A DNA stretch of 64,000 nt from an uncultured Planctomycetota bacterium (GCA_963849325.1 CAWKHF010000009.1:1-64000), one strand, 5' to 3'; counted from the first letter of the stretch, positions 41,897-56,158 are shown. Made by a program: numbers and translations. Notes: generated by a model from the letters alone, not told the origin.

Positions 41897-44059
41897 ATGT
41901 CCACCGCCGCCATCACTCGTTCGTTGCCGGAGCGCGCCCTGGAGATGTTGCGCCGAGCCGGCAATCCCTTCCGCAATTACTTCGCACGCAACCCCGACGA
42001 CGAGGTGTGTGCGCTCTATCACGTGCCGGAGTTGTTCGCACGAGAACGCGAGCAACTGCTGGGCGTGGTCGATCTGTACCGCTACGCGCCGACGACGCAT
42101 TCCGAGGTCGTCCCGGTGCTGGGCAGCAAGGGCTCCGGCAAGACGCACCTGCTGCACTCCATCAAGCACGACCCGGAAGGGACGTGGCAACTGCTGGTGA
42201 CGCCGGGGACGTACCAGCACGACACCGATTTCCTGGAATATCTGCTGTTCCAGCTCATCGACACGCTGCTGGGCGGCGGCAAGCAGAAGAACACGCGGCC
42301 GCTGGAGTACATCGGCGAACAGCTGGTCCGCGGCCTGCTGCGCGACGCACTGGCGCAGTTGCCGGCGGCGGAGCGTCTCGACCTGTTCCCGGCCCCCGGC
42401 CTGGGCCGCTGGGCGCGGCGTCTGGGACTGGGAGGCTCGCAGGCGCAGGAGCGCACGCAATGGCTCCTCGACAGCCTGTCGCGGCCGTGCCCTCTGCCGT
42501 TCCAGGCCGGCGTCGTCCTGCGGGCCTGCGGCGAGGCCGGCGTCGAAGCGGCCAAGGCATGCGAGCTGGTCTGCGCCGACATCCTCCGCACCGAGAAGCA
42601 CGACACCGCCGGCCTCATGCGCCGTCACATCCTCGACGGCCTGGCCCGCGTTGTGCTGCTGCACGACGAATCCGAACTGGCCAGCTTCCTGACCTACGGC
42701 TTCGCGGAACTGGACTTCCACGTCCGGCCGACGCGGCAAGACCTCGTGCTGGCGCTGTTCAAGGCGATCATGCAGGTCTTGCAGGAGCTGCGCATCCCCG
42801 TGGTGGTGGCCTTCGACCAGCTGGAGGATCTGCTGCTGGCCCGCCGTACCGACGACGGTCATCGCACCGCCGAGAGCTTCTTCGCCGGCATCGTCCAATC
42901 GATGCACCATCTGGACGGCATCAGCTTCCTCATCTTCGCCGAGCGCGGTCTGTGGAACCGCTTCGTACCGTCGCTGGACGGCTACATTCAGGATCGCCTG
43001 AACAATCCCATCCACCTGCCCAACCACGGCACCCTGAAGACGCTGCGACTGGAAGCGCCGGCCCTGGACCTGGTTCGCCGCATCGTCGAGGCGCGTCTGC
43101 GGCCGGCCCTGGAGAAGCTGCCCGACTTCGCCGACCTGTCGCCAGTCTTCCCCTTCACCGAGGAGCAGATCACTCGCGTCGCTCGCACCGAGCCGACCCT
43201 GCGCGACATGCTCCAGCAGTTCCGCCACCAGTTCGATCACGTCGTCTTCGGATCGGAAGAGGACAAGGTGATGGAGAGACAAGCGGACAAGGCGATGGAA
43301 GGGACTTTCCCGGCCCATGAGGATCGCCTGCCGGCGATTCCCGAGCTGCCTCCCGAAGTCAAGTCCGTCGTCGTCGTGGAATCCCCGACCGTCTCGCTCC
43401 CTGACCGTCCCTCGGAAAATACACCCGCCGACTCCCTGGCGACCTTCTCTTCGCTGTGGGACCAGGAGCTGCGCGCCGCCCGGCGGAAGCTGGAGCCGGA
43501 GGGGGCGCTGACGGGTGCGACGCGCGAATTGCAGTCCGGCCTGGGGGCATTCTTGCAGCTGTGTCACGAGCACGGTGCCAAGGTGGGTCCGTGGCGCTTG
43601 CATCACGTCGTCGGCGAATGGACGTTCGGCGATCATCCGACCTACGGCGTCATGACCATCGCGCACTGGGTTTGCAAGGACGGTCAGCCGTGGAAGGTGG
43701 GCATCGGCCTGTTCCTCGGCCGCGGTCCGGCCAAGCCGCGCGACCTGAGCACCAAGCTAGCCGCCCTCGACGTCGAGCCGAGCGCGATCGATCACCTGAT
43801 CCTGCTGCGGCCGGAAGACGACCTGGCTTTGTCCGGCAAGAGCAAAACGCTGTGGCAGGACGCCGAACGGCGCGGCCGGCACGCCCGCCTGGAGCCGGTG
43901 TCGCTGGACGGCTTCGCCGCCCTGTCGGCCCTGCCGCGCTTCGTGGCCAGCCTGACCGAATCGCTGCCGGAGGGACAGCCGCTGCCTAACCTCGCGGACC
44001 TCCTCCAGGACAAATGCGAGAAGCTGCTGGAGCAGGTCTGCATGCCCGTCCAGGGTTGA
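41897..44059 (+). CDS. large P-loop (AAA-like) ATPase of unknown function
   Basis: GSKGSGKTHLL, VVVAFDQLE. Confidence 0.8.
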   Translation: MSTAAITRSLPERALEMLRRAGNPFRNYFARNPDDEVCALYHVPELFAREREQLLGVVDLYRYAPTTHSEVVPVLGSKGSGKTHLLHSIKHDPEGTWQLLVTPGTYQHDTDFLEYLLFQLIDTLLGGGKQKNTRPLEYIGEQLVRGLLRDALAQLPAAERLDLFPAPGLGRWARRLGLGGSQAQERTQWLLDSLSRPCPLPFQAGVVLRACGEAGVEAAKACELVCADILRTEKHDTAGLMRRHILDGLARVVLLHDESELASFLTYGFAELDFHVRPTRQDLVLALFKAIMQVLQELRIPVVVAFDQLEDLLLARRTDDGHRTAESFFAGIVQSMHHLDGISFLIFAERGLWNRFVPSLDGYIQDRLNNPIHLPNHGTLKTLRLEAPALDLVRRIVEARLRPALEKLPDFADLSPVFPFTEEQITRVARTEPTLRDMLQQFRHQFDHVVFGSEEDKVMERQADKAMEGTFPAHEDRLPAIPELPPEVKSVVVVESPTVSLPDRPSENTPADSLATFSSLWDQELRAARRKLEPEGALTGATRELQSGLGAFLQLCHEHGAKVGPWRLHHVVGEWTFGDHPTYGVMTIAHWVCKDGQPWKVGIGLFLGRGPAKPRDLSTKLAALDVEPSAIDHLILLRPEDDLALSGKSKTLWQDAERRGRHARLEPVSLDGFAALSALPRFVASLTESLPEGQPLPNLADLLQDKCEKLLEQVCMPVQG

Positions 44060-44078
44060 TACAGTAAGAGCATGTCCC

Positions 44079-44121
44079 CGCCGTTTGCGGCTTGACGAGG
44101 CACGCCAAGCCGCAAACGGCG
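44079..44121. repeat. REP-like palindrome, family 2
   Basis: CGCCGTTTGCGGCTTG..CAAGCCGCAAACGGCG. Confidence 0.75.
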
Positions 44122-44142
44122 ATTGGTCCCTTGCGTCGCACC

Positions 44143-45498
44143 ATGAACCATCCTTTCGCCGCGCTGCCCTCTCTGTCGCCGGATGAAGCCCGCGCCTGGT
44201 GGTACGGCCTCATCAACTTCGAGCAGCGTACGCCCGTCGCCGCGGACCTGAAGCTCGATCACATGCGCGCCCTGCTGGCGCGGCTGGGCAATCCGCAGCG
44301 ACGTCTGCGCGTCGTCCACGTGGCCGGCAGCAAGGGCAAGGGTTCGACGTCGGCCATGCTCGCCTCGATCCTGCGCCGGGCCGGCTATCGCACCGGCCTG
44401 TTCACGTCGCCGCACCTGTGCCGGGTCGAGGAACGCTTTCAGGTGGATGACCAGCCCATCACCAGCGCCGAATTGACCACGCTTCTGGACGAGGTTCGCC
44501 ACTGCGTCGAGACGGAGGGGCGGAGCGGCGGCGTGCCGTACACCTTCTTCGAGGTGGCCACGGCCGTCGGTTTTCTGCACTTCGTCCGCCGCCGTGTCGA
44601 GACGGCCGTGATCGAAGTCGGTCTGGGCGGGAGGCTGGATTCGACCAACGTGTGCGATCCGGCCGTGGCCCTCATCACGAGCATCAGCTTCGATCACACG
44701 GCCCTGCTGGGCGATCGCCTGGCCAGCATCGCGACGGAGAAAGCCGGCATCGTCAAGCCGCGGCGTCCGGTCGTCAGCGGCGCGACGGTCCCCGAAGCGC
44801 GGACGGTCATCGAACGAGTCTGCCGCGAGCGCCGTTCTCCGCTGCGCCAGCTCGGCGTCGATTTTCATTACACCTGTGTTCCCGGCCACGTCACGGCGAC
44901 GCACATCCAGCGGGCGCGGGTGAGGGTCGTCACCGACCGCCGCCATTGGCCGGAGTTCGAGCTGAACTTGCTGGGCGATCATCAGGCGGCCAACGCCGCC
45001 GTGGCCATCGCCTGTGTCGAGCAGCTGCGAGAGGAAGGTTGGCACCTGCCCGACGCCGCCGTCGCTGCCGGCCTGGCGGAGGTGTGCTGGCCGGCTCGCT
45101 TGGAAGTCGTCGGCCGCAAGCCGCTGGTCGTCCTCGACTGTGCCCACAACGTCGCCTCGGCGCTGGCGCTGGTGCGGACGCTGCAATCCTCTTTTCCGCC
45201 GGCACGCCGCCTGCTCGTCTTCGCCGGCAGCAGCGACAAGGATCTGGCCGGGATGTTCCGCGTCCTGTCGCCGCACTTCCAGCACGCCTTCCTGACGCGC
45301 TACACCGACAACCCGCGCAGCGTGTCTCCCGAACAGATGGCCGACCTGCTCCGCGAGAACGGCCAACTGCCGGCCACCCTCTGTCCCACGCCGGGGGAAG
45401 CGTATCGCACGGCCCTCGCGGCCGCGGGTTCGGAGGACATGATCTGCATCACCGGCTCGGTCTACCTGGCCGGCGAATTGCGACCGCTGCTCTTGTGA
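44143..45498 (+). CDS. folC: folylpolyglutamate synthase/dihydrofolate synthase
   Basis: HVAGSKGKGS, FTSPHL, EVGLGGRLDSTN, DCAHN, TGSVYL. Confidence 0.95.
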   Translation: MNHPFAALPSLSPDEARAWWYGLINFEQRTPVAADLKLDHMRALLARLGNPQRRLRVVHVAGSKGKGSTSAMLASILRRAGYRTGLFTSPHLCRVEERFQVDDQPITSAELTTLLDEVRHCVETEGRSGGVPYTFFEVATAVGFLHFVRRRVETAVIEVGLGGRLDSTNVCDPAVALITSISFDHTALLGDRLASIATEKAGIVKPRRPVVSGATVPEARTVIERVCRERRSPLRQLGVDFHYTCVPGHVTATHIQRARVRVVTDRRHWPEFELNLLGDHQAANAAVAIACVEQLREEGWHLPDAAVAAGLAEVCWPARLEVVGRKPLVVLDCAHNVASALALVRTLQSSFPPARRLLVFAGSSDKDLAGMFRVLSPHFQHAFLTRYTDNPRSVSPEQMADLLRENGQLPATLCPTPGEAYRTALAAAGSEDMICITGSVYLAGELRPLLL

Positions 45499-45520
45499 TG
45501 GAGGAGGGAGAGGCAAGCCC

Positions 45521-47190
45521 ATGAACGCACGCAACCTCGCCGAACTGCACCGCCGACAGGCCGAGCGCCTCGGCCCGCGGCCGGCACTTCGCTGGAAGCG
45601 ACACGGCATCTGGCACGACCTGAGTTGGGAACAATACCGGGCCGAGTCCGTCGCCGCCGCCGCGGCGCTCGTCGAAGTCCGGCGTCGCGCCGGGCGACCG
45701 CGTTGGCATGGTCGCGGAAAACAGCGTCGATTGGCTCCTCGCCGACATGGCCATCCTGACCGCCGGCGCCGTCAACGTCCCGCCGCACGCGCCGCTGACG
45801 GCGCGACAAATCCACTTCCAACTCGATGACGCCGAGGTGAGTTTCCTCTTCGTGTCCAACCGCACTCAGCTGGAGAAGGTGCTGTCCATCCGTTCGCGGC
45901 TGCCGCGCCTGCGCGGTATCGTCGTCTTTGACGGCGCGATCATATCGGACAATAGCGATCTTTTTTCATGGCAGACGTTCCGTCAGCGCGGCCGGCGGAC
46001 GTTGCCGCGCGTGGCGGTGGAATTGGCTCGCCGCGAGGCCAACCTCGGGCCGGACGATCTGGCCACGATCATGTACACGTCCGGCACGACCGGCAATCCC
46101 AAGGGCGTGATGCTGACGCACGGCAATTTGCTGAGCAACGTCCGGGCCACCCTGGAGCGCTCGGGCCAACGGCCCGGCGATGTCGTGCTAAGCTGGCTGC
46201 CGTACACGCACATCTATGCTCGCACCATCGATCACTACAGTACGCTGGCTTCCGGCGTACTCCTGTGCGTCGCCGAGTCTGCCGACACGCTCGGTCCAGG
46301 ATCTCGCCGACGTGCATCCGACGCACATGGCCTCGGTGCCGCGCTTCTACGAGAAGGTGCTGACGGCGGCGGCCGACGCCGACCCGAAGGTGACGGCCCA
46401 GCGCCTGCGCGACATCTTCGGCCCGCGCGTGGACTGGCTATCGTCGGGCGGAGCGCCGTTGCCCTACCCGGTGGCCCGAGCCTACGCCGACGCTGGCGTG
46501 CTCGTGCTGCAAGGCTATGGCCTGACCGAGACATCGCCGGTCATCTCGTTCAACGCCAAGGAAGCGTACAAGCTCGACACCGTGGGCCGGCCGCTGCCGG
46601 GCGTCGAAGTGAAGATCGCCGCGGATGGCGAGGTGCTGACGCGCGGCCCGCACGTCATGAAGGGCTACTGGAAGAACGCGGCGGCGACGGCCGAGTCCAT
46701 CCGCGACGGCTGGTTTCACACCGGCGACCTCGGCGAACTGGACGCCGACGGCTTCCTCAAAATCACCGGCCGCAAGAAGGAGCTGCTCGTCCTGTCCAAC
46801 GGCAAGAAGGTCGTGCCCGCCTTCCTCGAAGGGCTGTTACAGGCCGACCCGTGCATCGACCAGGCCGTGGTCTGCGGCGAGGGCCGTAACTTCCTCACGG
46901 CGCTGATCGTGCCGCACTGGGGTAACGTCGGCGCCGCCCTCGCCGCCGAGGGGATATCCTTCAACAGCCACGTTGAAAACCCTGTGTCTCCGCCGGTGCT
47001 GGACCTGCTGCGGCGCCGCGTTCGGGCGGCGCTGGTCGATGTGTGCAGCGCCGAGCAGGTTCGGAAGTTCCTGGTCGTGCCGCAACCGTTCAGCATCGCC
47101 GACGAGGAGCTGACGGTGAGCCTGAAGCTGCGCCGCAATGTTGTGCTCGCCAAGTATGCGCGACAGTTCGACGAACTCTATGCCGAGTGA
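45521..47190 (+). CDS. long-chain acyl-CoA synthetase (two frameshifts)
   Basis: YTSGTTGNPKG, QGYGLTE, HTGDLG, GRKKE. Confidence 0.9.
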
Positions 47191-47273
47191 CCTCGATGTA
47201 TCCGGTTGTCGTGCGGCATCGGGATGAGGATACCTCTTCTATTATAGGTGTCCTCGCGGTCGGGTCATGGCGT

Positions 47274-48750
47274 TCAGCGTGAAGCGAAGGAACTTCCGTG
47301 AACGCGATACACGCGGAAACCCGGATTCGCATACACCTTCTCGAAATTCTCGTTGTGACGTTCGAGAAATGGTTCGAGTATCCGCCGGCTATTTTGAAAC
47401 GACGCGGAAGGCGACGACGAAGACACGATAACATGGGTGCCGCCCGTCCGTGCGCAGAACGTGCCACAGCTGCTCTTCGTCGGCCGTTTTGTGATGGGCG
47501 ACCGCGTGTCGCTTCGTATACAGGGCGAGCGCCCGCGGCTTCGGGAACAGAAACACGTCGTTCGGCTCCGTTCGCTCCCGGATCCAGTCGAAGAGGGCGA
47601 CGGACTCCGGTGTGCTGACGCCATCCCGAACCGGGCCGACTTCGAGGCGGGCGTACCGGCCGGCATAAGAAACCAGGACAGCGAGCGTCAGCACGGCAGC
47701 AGCGGCGGTTTCGGCGCGGTTAATAGCTGTGGAACGGAGCCAGCACAAACCCTCACTAATATAGAGAAAGAAGAGAGGTAAAATCGGCATCAGATAACGT
47801 GGGTCGGACTCGGCCGTCGGCCAGAACACCAGCAGCAGACAGTTGAAGGCGGCGAATAACTCATAAACAGTAAGCTCGTTGCGCAGCCGCCTGATATAGC
47901 CCACGCAGGCCAGAGTGAGCAGGCAGCCATAGAGAAAGGCAAAGGCCACGCCGCTATAGCCATTCTCCACGAAAAAACCCATCGCCCGGACCAAGGACAG
48001 CGCGATCCGCGCAAAGCGCAAGGGGTCGAAGACGAGTTGATCCAGGTAACTGCCATCAAAGGGTAGCAGACACTTTTGCGCCACCACGCCGCCGGCGAAG
48101 GCCGCCACGATCGACAGGGACGCCGCCCCCAGGCGGCGGCACCGTAGGAGTTCCCAGCCAACGATACTGGGGATCAGGATCACTCCCACCGTGCGCGTGC
48201 CAAAAGCAAGGTATGCGGCCAGGCCGGCGAGAAGTCCCCAACTCAGGCTCCGCGCTCTCGACCCGTCCCCTGCCTGCGCCTTCTCCGTCAGGAAGAGGGC
48301 GAGGTAGGCGAACAGCATGAAGGGCGTCTCGGACAGAAGACGATCCTTGTGCTGCCAGACATAAGGATTCAGAGCGAACAGCGCCAGACATCCCAGGGTA
48401 TAGGGAAGCGGCAGGCGCTTGCGGTAGACCAGGGCCAGTATTCCCAGCATGACCATGAAGAGCAGCACTACGGACACTTTCATGGCCGTGAGATCCATGC
48501 CGAAGAGAAGATATACCGGCGTCAGCAGCAGCGGAAAAATCGGCGGATAGGATCGCGGCGACACGACAGGGTTGCGGGGATTGTAGATATAGCCCGTGTC
48601 CGCGTAGGGGCGTCCTTCGGCGATGTTCCGCGCATGAGCGACGTAGAGGCTGAAATCGTCGCCCCATTCGTGGCCGGCTCGCAACGTCGCCAGATGAATA
48701 GCACCGAGCACCACAATCATGCCGAGTATCAGAAACGCATTCTTCGTCAC
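47274..48750 (-). CDS. ArnT/GT-C-type membrane glycosyltransferase (frameshift near 3' end)
   Basis: GDDFSLY, YPPIFPLLL, LSETPF, RYLMP; multiple TMs. Confidence 0.75.
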
Positions 48751-48815
48751 CCTCACATCCTCCTTGATACAGACGGTCATCAAACTCTTGGGCGCCAGGG
48801 CCAGCAAGGCAGCCG

Positions 48816-49823
48816 CTACTCTTCGGTCGTTGGAATGCGGGCGGGTTGCCCCCTGCGCCGCACGCGCGATTGCCGACGCGCTCGGCCTCGACCCTCTTTC
48901 AATCCTCGGGCGCGTACCAGATGATCGATCTCCTGAAAGCGACGATTGATGGTATGGAGCACCATTCCGGCCGCGGTCCCCAACATGCCGGATAGCACCA
49001 GGCCGACCGCCAGCACCGCCGAGGGCAGGCGAAGTACCAGGCCCGTATGAACATATTCCTGAACGACCGTCATCCCCAGCACAAGACCGAGGAGCATGAG
49101 GATTGCTCCGAGCGTACCGAAAGTAGTCATCGGTTTATAATCGCGCATCAACGCGAAGATCGTCCACAAGATGCGATAGCCATCGCGGAATTTGCGGATT
49201 TTCGAGTGGCTCCCCGCTGGTCGATCGCGCAGACACGCCGGTTTCTCGCATAGGCGGAAACCTCGTTCCAGGGCTTTGATCGTCATCTCGACCTCGACCT
49301 CGAAGCCGGTGACGAACAGCGGCAGACCCTTGACGAAGCGGCGGTTCATGACGCGATATCCGCTCAACACGTCGGTTAACCGCGTTCCGAAGATCGTGTT
49401 GATGACCCGCAAGAAGAATTGATTGCCCAGTCGGTTCAGGGGACGAAAGGAACTCTCGGAGGAGAGAAAGCGCGAGCCGACCGCCATGTCCGCGTCGCCG
49501 GCGACGACGTCTTCGAGCAGGGCGTGGACCGCCTCGGCCGGGTAGGTGTCGTCGCCATCCACCATGATGTACGTGTCCGCCTCGATGGTCTCGAACATCG
49601 ATTGGACGACGTATCCTTTGCCCCTTCGGCCCTCGCTATGGACGATGGCCCCTGTCTCTTCCGCGATCCGCCGCGTGGCATCGGTCGAGGCATTATCGAA
49701 AACGTGGATCTCCGCCTCCGGCAGCTCGTAGCGGAAGTCCTTGACTACCTTGTCGATCGTTTTTTCTTCGTTCAGGCAAGGGATCAGAACGGCAATCTTG
49801 GCGCGCATGCTTTCATCCTCCAT
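48816..49823 (-). CDS. GT2 polyprenyl-phosphate glycosyltransferase
   Basis: IPCLNEE, DNASTD, GKG, VDGDDTY; C-terminal TMs. Confidence 0.92.
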   Translation of the reverse strand: MEDESMRAKIAVLIPCLNEEKTIDKVVKDFRYELPEAEIHVFDNASTDATRRIAEETGAIVHSEGRRGKGYVVQSMFETIEADTYIMVDGDDTYPAEAVHALLEDVVAGDADMAVGSRFLSSESSFRPLNRLGNQFFLRVINTIFGTRLTDVLSGYRVMNRRFVKGLPLFVTGFEVEVEMTIKALERGFRLCEKPACLRDRPAGSHSKIRKFRDGYRILWTIFALMRDYKPMTTFGTLGAILMLLGLVLGMTVVQEYVHTGLVLRLPSAVLAVGLVLSGMLGTAAGMVLHTINRRFQEIDHLVRARGLKEGRGRARRQSRVRRRGQPARIPTTEE

Positions 49824-50055
49824 GACAAAGCGCGGACTAATCCGTTAGCGATCCCACGTATTTTGCCCGATCCTTCCAAAGGAAACTAGAGCAAAAGAAA
49901 TCCATTTCAAGAGAACGGTCCCATTTGCTCTTGCTCGAATTGTCCGAATTCATTATAGCCCTCCCCTCACTCAGCAAACGTCTAACGATCCCGTCCTCCT
50001 CGCCCCGACCCTTTCGGGGCTTGCCGAGGACGAGAAGCTCTCGGAGGAGCGAGGC

Positions 50056-51339
50056 ATGCTCAAGGCGCTCAAGCATTTGCTCGGCAAGCCGGCGTGGGCC
50101 ACCTACGGGGCCGGCGCCAGTGATCGACAATTCGTATCTCAGCTCTACCTTGATCTACTCCAGCGCAAGGCCGACCCCGCCGACCTGGAACAGTGGTGCC
50201 GCTACCTCTCGCGGGGCGGCGCGCGGTCCAAGGTGGCGCTCGGCATCCTCAGTAGTGAGGAATTCCATAACCGGGCGCACCCAGCCCCATCGCCCCGGCA
50301 GAAGGCGGACAACTGTGTGCTGCCTCCGATCTGGGAACGGCCTGTCTTCGCCCGCCTGCTGCTGTCCCGGCTCGCTCCCCACACGAATCGCGCCGTCTTG
50401 CTGGGCACCGCCGAGCAGCTCGCCTTCTTGCAACCGGCCTTTCGCGCCCAGGGCAAGGTCGCCGACGGCGTCGTCTGGGCCTGGGATGGCGAAGTCCGCC
50501 TGGACGCTTATCCGGCCGAGGCGCCGATCCTCGTCTGTCCCATGCCGGTGACGGCCGAGCAGTGGTGGACGATCCATCGACTCAAGGAGCGCTACGGCGA
50601 ACGGGTGATCGGCATTCAGGAATTGGCCCTGCCGTTGGCCCTGCTCGACAAGACGGCGTCGTTGTTGCCCTACTGCGAATCGCTGGATCGCATCCTGGAG
50701 TATTACCTCGGCGAGAGGTATTTCGGCCCCATCGATCAGCTGGACGCACTCTGTTCTCTCGCCGGCAAGAGCGTCATCGAGTTCGGCCCGCTCGACGGCT
50801 CGCAGACGGCCGGTCTCGTCAAGGCCGGCGCCGCGCGCATCGTCTGCATCGAGTCGCGGCCGGAGAACGTCCTCAAGACGACGCTGGCCAGCCGGGTGTT
50901 CGGTTGGGACCACGTTCAGGTTGTCGCCGACGACTTCCACAACGCCGACGCCGTGAAATACGGTCGCTTCGACCTGGCCTTCGCGCACGGCGTCTACTAT
51001 CACAGCATCGCGCCGACGCTATTTTTGCAGAACCTGCTCCGTCTCTCGGATACCATTTTCGTCGGCGGACTCTGCGCCACGGAGGACCGCCCGGACTGTG
51101 CTTACGAGTCGATGGCTTATCGCGGCCGGACGTACCGGGTCAAGCCGTACAAGGAGCACTTGCAAGCGTTTGTGGCCGGCGTCAATGAGACGAGTTATTT
51201 CTTCCACGGCGACGATTTGATGGACTTCTTCCGTCACCAAGGTTGCGAGGTCGCGCCGATGTCGGACGAAGCGATGGCGACGCACTGGCCGGCCGGCCGC
51301 TATGTCCGCTTTGTGGCACGGCGGCAGTCCGGGGACTGA
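50056..51339 (+). CDS. DUF4214 domain plus class I SAM methyltransferase
   Basis: FVSQLYLDLLQRKAD..SEEF; VIEFGPLDG, FDLAFAHGVYYH. Confidence 0.8.
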   Translation: MLKALKHLLGKPAWATYGAGASDRQFVSQLYLDLLQRKADPADLEQWCRYLSRGGARSKVALGILSSEEFHNRAHPAPSPRQKADNCVLPPIWERPVFARLLLSRLAPHTNRAVLLGTAEQLAFLQPAFRAQGKVADGVVWAWDGEVRLDAYPAEAPILVCPMPVTAEQWWTIHRLKERYGERVIGIQELALPLALLDKTASLLPYCESLDRILEYYLGERYFGPIDQLDALCSLAGKSVIEFGPLDGSQTAGLVKAGAARIVCIESRPENVLKTTLASRVFGWDHVQVVADDFHNADAVKYGRFDLAFAHGVYYHSIAPTLFLQNLLRLSDTIFVGGLCATEDRPDCAYESMAYRGRTYRVKPYKEHLQAFVAGVNETSYFFHGDDLMDFFRHQGCEVAPMSDEAMATHWPAGRYVRFVARRQSGD

Positions 51340-51380
51340 CACCTCCGCTCGCCAAGGTTTCGACAGGGCGTCGAGCCGGG

Positions 51381-52148
51381 TCAGGCATGGTCCTCGGTTT
51401 CGAGCAGCACCGCCAGCATCTTTTCCGTCCTCGTCAGAAAGGCGCGGGAGATTCGATAGTGCTCGGTTTCGGTGTAGGCAACACGAACCGGACCTTCGGA
51501 ATTAAGGACGTAAATCCAAGCGTGTGGATACGCCATGATGATCGGCGAGTGCGTGGCGATGATGAGTTGCGAGCCGCCTTCGCACAGACGATGCAGCACG
51601 GTCAGAAAGCTCATCTGTCGTGCCGGTGAGAGGGCGGATTCCGGTTCATCTAAGAGATACAGGCCGAGATCGCGGAAACGATGCTCGAACAGCGCGAAAA
51701 ACGACTCGCCATGCGATTGTTCGTGCAGGGACTGGCCGCCGTAGGCCCCGATCAGCTTCGGCCCGCCCGGTTCGCGGTCGAGCCGCTCCAACTCGGTAGC
51801 GACGTTGTAAAAGCTCTCAGCGCGAAGGAAAAAGCTGTCGCGCGGCAGACGAGGCGACCTCGCCAGCCGTAGAAAGCGATCCAGGCCGGAATGCGAAGCC
51901 CGAGTGGCGAAGTTGAAATTGCGACTTCCGCCCTCTGGATTGAGGTCGCAGGCCACGGCGATGGCTTCCAACAGCGTCGATTTGCCGGAGCCATTTTCGC
52001 CGACAAGGAACGTCACGCGCGGATGGAAGGCGAGCGTCTGAAGTTGACGCACCGCAGGCAGGCAAAACGGATAGCTTGCGAACGAGGGAACACGGTCACG
52101 CAGGAGTTGCAGGTCGAGCAGGAAGGAACGGCCCGGATCGACTGCCAT
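51381..52148 (-). CDS. AAA/ABC-type ATPase (COG3910-like)
   Basis: GENGSGKS, FFLRAESF, SHGESF, LDEPESALSP, ATHSP. Confidence 0.9.
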   Translation of the reverse strand: MAVDPGRSFLLDLQLLRDRVPSFASYPFCLPAVRQLQTLAFHPRVTFLVGENGSGKSTLLEAIAVACDLNPEGGSRNFNFATRASHSGLDRFLRLARSPRLPRDSFFLRAESFYNVATELERLDREPGGPKLIGAYGGQSLHEQSHGESFFALFEHRFRDLGLYLLDEPESALSPARQMSFLTVLHRLCEGGSQLIIATHSPIIMAYPHAWIYVLNSEGPVRVAYTETEHYRISRAFLTRTEKMLAVLLETEDHA

Positions 52149-52191
52149 GCCGTCCTCCCCGATCTCTCCATGAAGGTTGACGGTTCGCTGA

Positions 52192-52797
52192 TTATGGCAG
52201 CAGGTCGCGGACGGGAGTGCTCGCCACGACGGTGCCGTCCAGCACCAACGGCAATTGATCGGCCGCCCCGTAATCGGTTCGCTGTCCGTAGCCGGCGGAG
52301 ACAGCCGAACCCGAAGGCGAGGAGTATACCTCCACCTGTCGATCAATTAAATTAATGATCCAGTAAACGGCGATGCCGGCGCGGGCGTAGATACGTCCCT
52401 TGTCGGCGCGATCGCCGAGCAAGGTCGAGTCGGCCACCTCGATCAAAAGTCCCACGTCGGCGGGCGCGGGATGACGTGCCGCATAGGTACGTTCGTCGCC
52501 GCGCACCACGGCCAGGTCCGGTTCCGGTTCGCTATCGCTGAGGGTGATCGCCGACTGAACCCGCACGCTCCAATCCGGCGGAAGACAGCGGAGCAGCATT
52601 CGCAAGGCCAGGTGGATGCAGCTATCGTGCGGCGGATTGCGCGACATCTTGAGGACCAGGTAGCCTTCGATCAATTCGAGATTGTCGTCCTCGGTAAGCA
52701 GGCCGATGTCGATGAGCTTGTGGTATTCCGCCACGCTGAAACGTCGAAAGCCGGCCATGGTCCCCAGCAGCGGCAGATGGACGGCTTGCCTTGACAT
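52192..52797 (-). CDS. Uma2/DUF820 protein
   Basis: ELIEG, EPEPDLAV, LIEVADST, YARAGIAVYW. Confidence 0.9.
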   Translation of the reverse strand: MSRQAVHLPLLGTMAGFRRFSVAEYHKLIDIGLLTEDDNLELIEGYLVLKMSRNPPHDSCIHLALRMLLRCLPPDWSVRVQSAITLSDSEPEPDLAVVRGDERTYAARHPAPADVGLLIEVADSTLLGDRADKGRIYARAGIAVYWIINLIDRQVEVYSSPSGSAVSAGYGQRTDYGAADQLPLVLDGTVVASTPVRDLLP

Positions 52798-52823
52798 AGG
52801 GATCCTCCATCCGAGAAACCGCG

Positions 52824-52896
52824 TCTTGGCGAACGGCCGGCGTCAGCCGGCTGGTGTTCGTTCCACCATCCGGCTGACGCCGGCCGTTCGCCAAGA
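52824..52896. repeat. REP-like palindrome, family 3
   Basis: 27-bp perfect arms TCTTGGCGAACGGCCGGCGTCAGCCGG. Confidence 0.9.
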
Positions 52897-52899
52897 TAC

Positions 52900-55646
<2,747 letters not shown>

Positions 55647-55818
55647 GCTAACCGGCCTCACAGGGGTCCCGCGACGACGTTCGTGTCGTCGCCGTAACGT
55701 CAGTACATTGCAGGCAATGTACGGATTGCGTCGGGCAGCGTCCAAGCCTCCGCGGCTTCGCATTCCCACGGCATCCCGCTAAGATGACCGGAGCCATTAC
55801 GCCCCGAGGAGGACGGAC

Positions 55819-56136
55819 ATGGGAGTGACCGTTTGTCTGCCGCTGTTCGGCCCGCCGGGCCGCGAGTTGGAAGAGGGTTTGGACGTCAAAGGCGTGCAGC
55901 TCCGCAAGCTGGCGGCCGAACTGCAAGAGAGGCTGGGCAAGGCCGCCGACACGTTGGAGAAGCTGCACGCGGCCGGCTGGTCGGCGCGGGTGGCGATGTA
56001 TGACGTGATCCTGACCCGATCCGGAGTCGAGACGAAGGAGGAGGCCGAGCGCCGCTTGCGCGAGTTGACCTTCAACTCGGAAGACTTCCTCATCATGGAG
56101 GACGTGGAGGAGGAAGAGGATACCGGACATGCCTAG
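55819..56136 (+). CDS. hypothetical protein with acidic tail
   Basis: RBS GAGGAGG; clean ORF. Confidence 0.75.
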   Translation: MGVTVCLPLFGPPGRELEEGLDVKGVQLRKLAAELQERLGKAADTLEKLHAAGWSARVAMYDVILTRSGVETKEEAERRLRELTFNSEDFLIMEDVEEEEDTGHA

Positions 56137-56158
56137 TGCAAGATCCAGCGACGATTTT

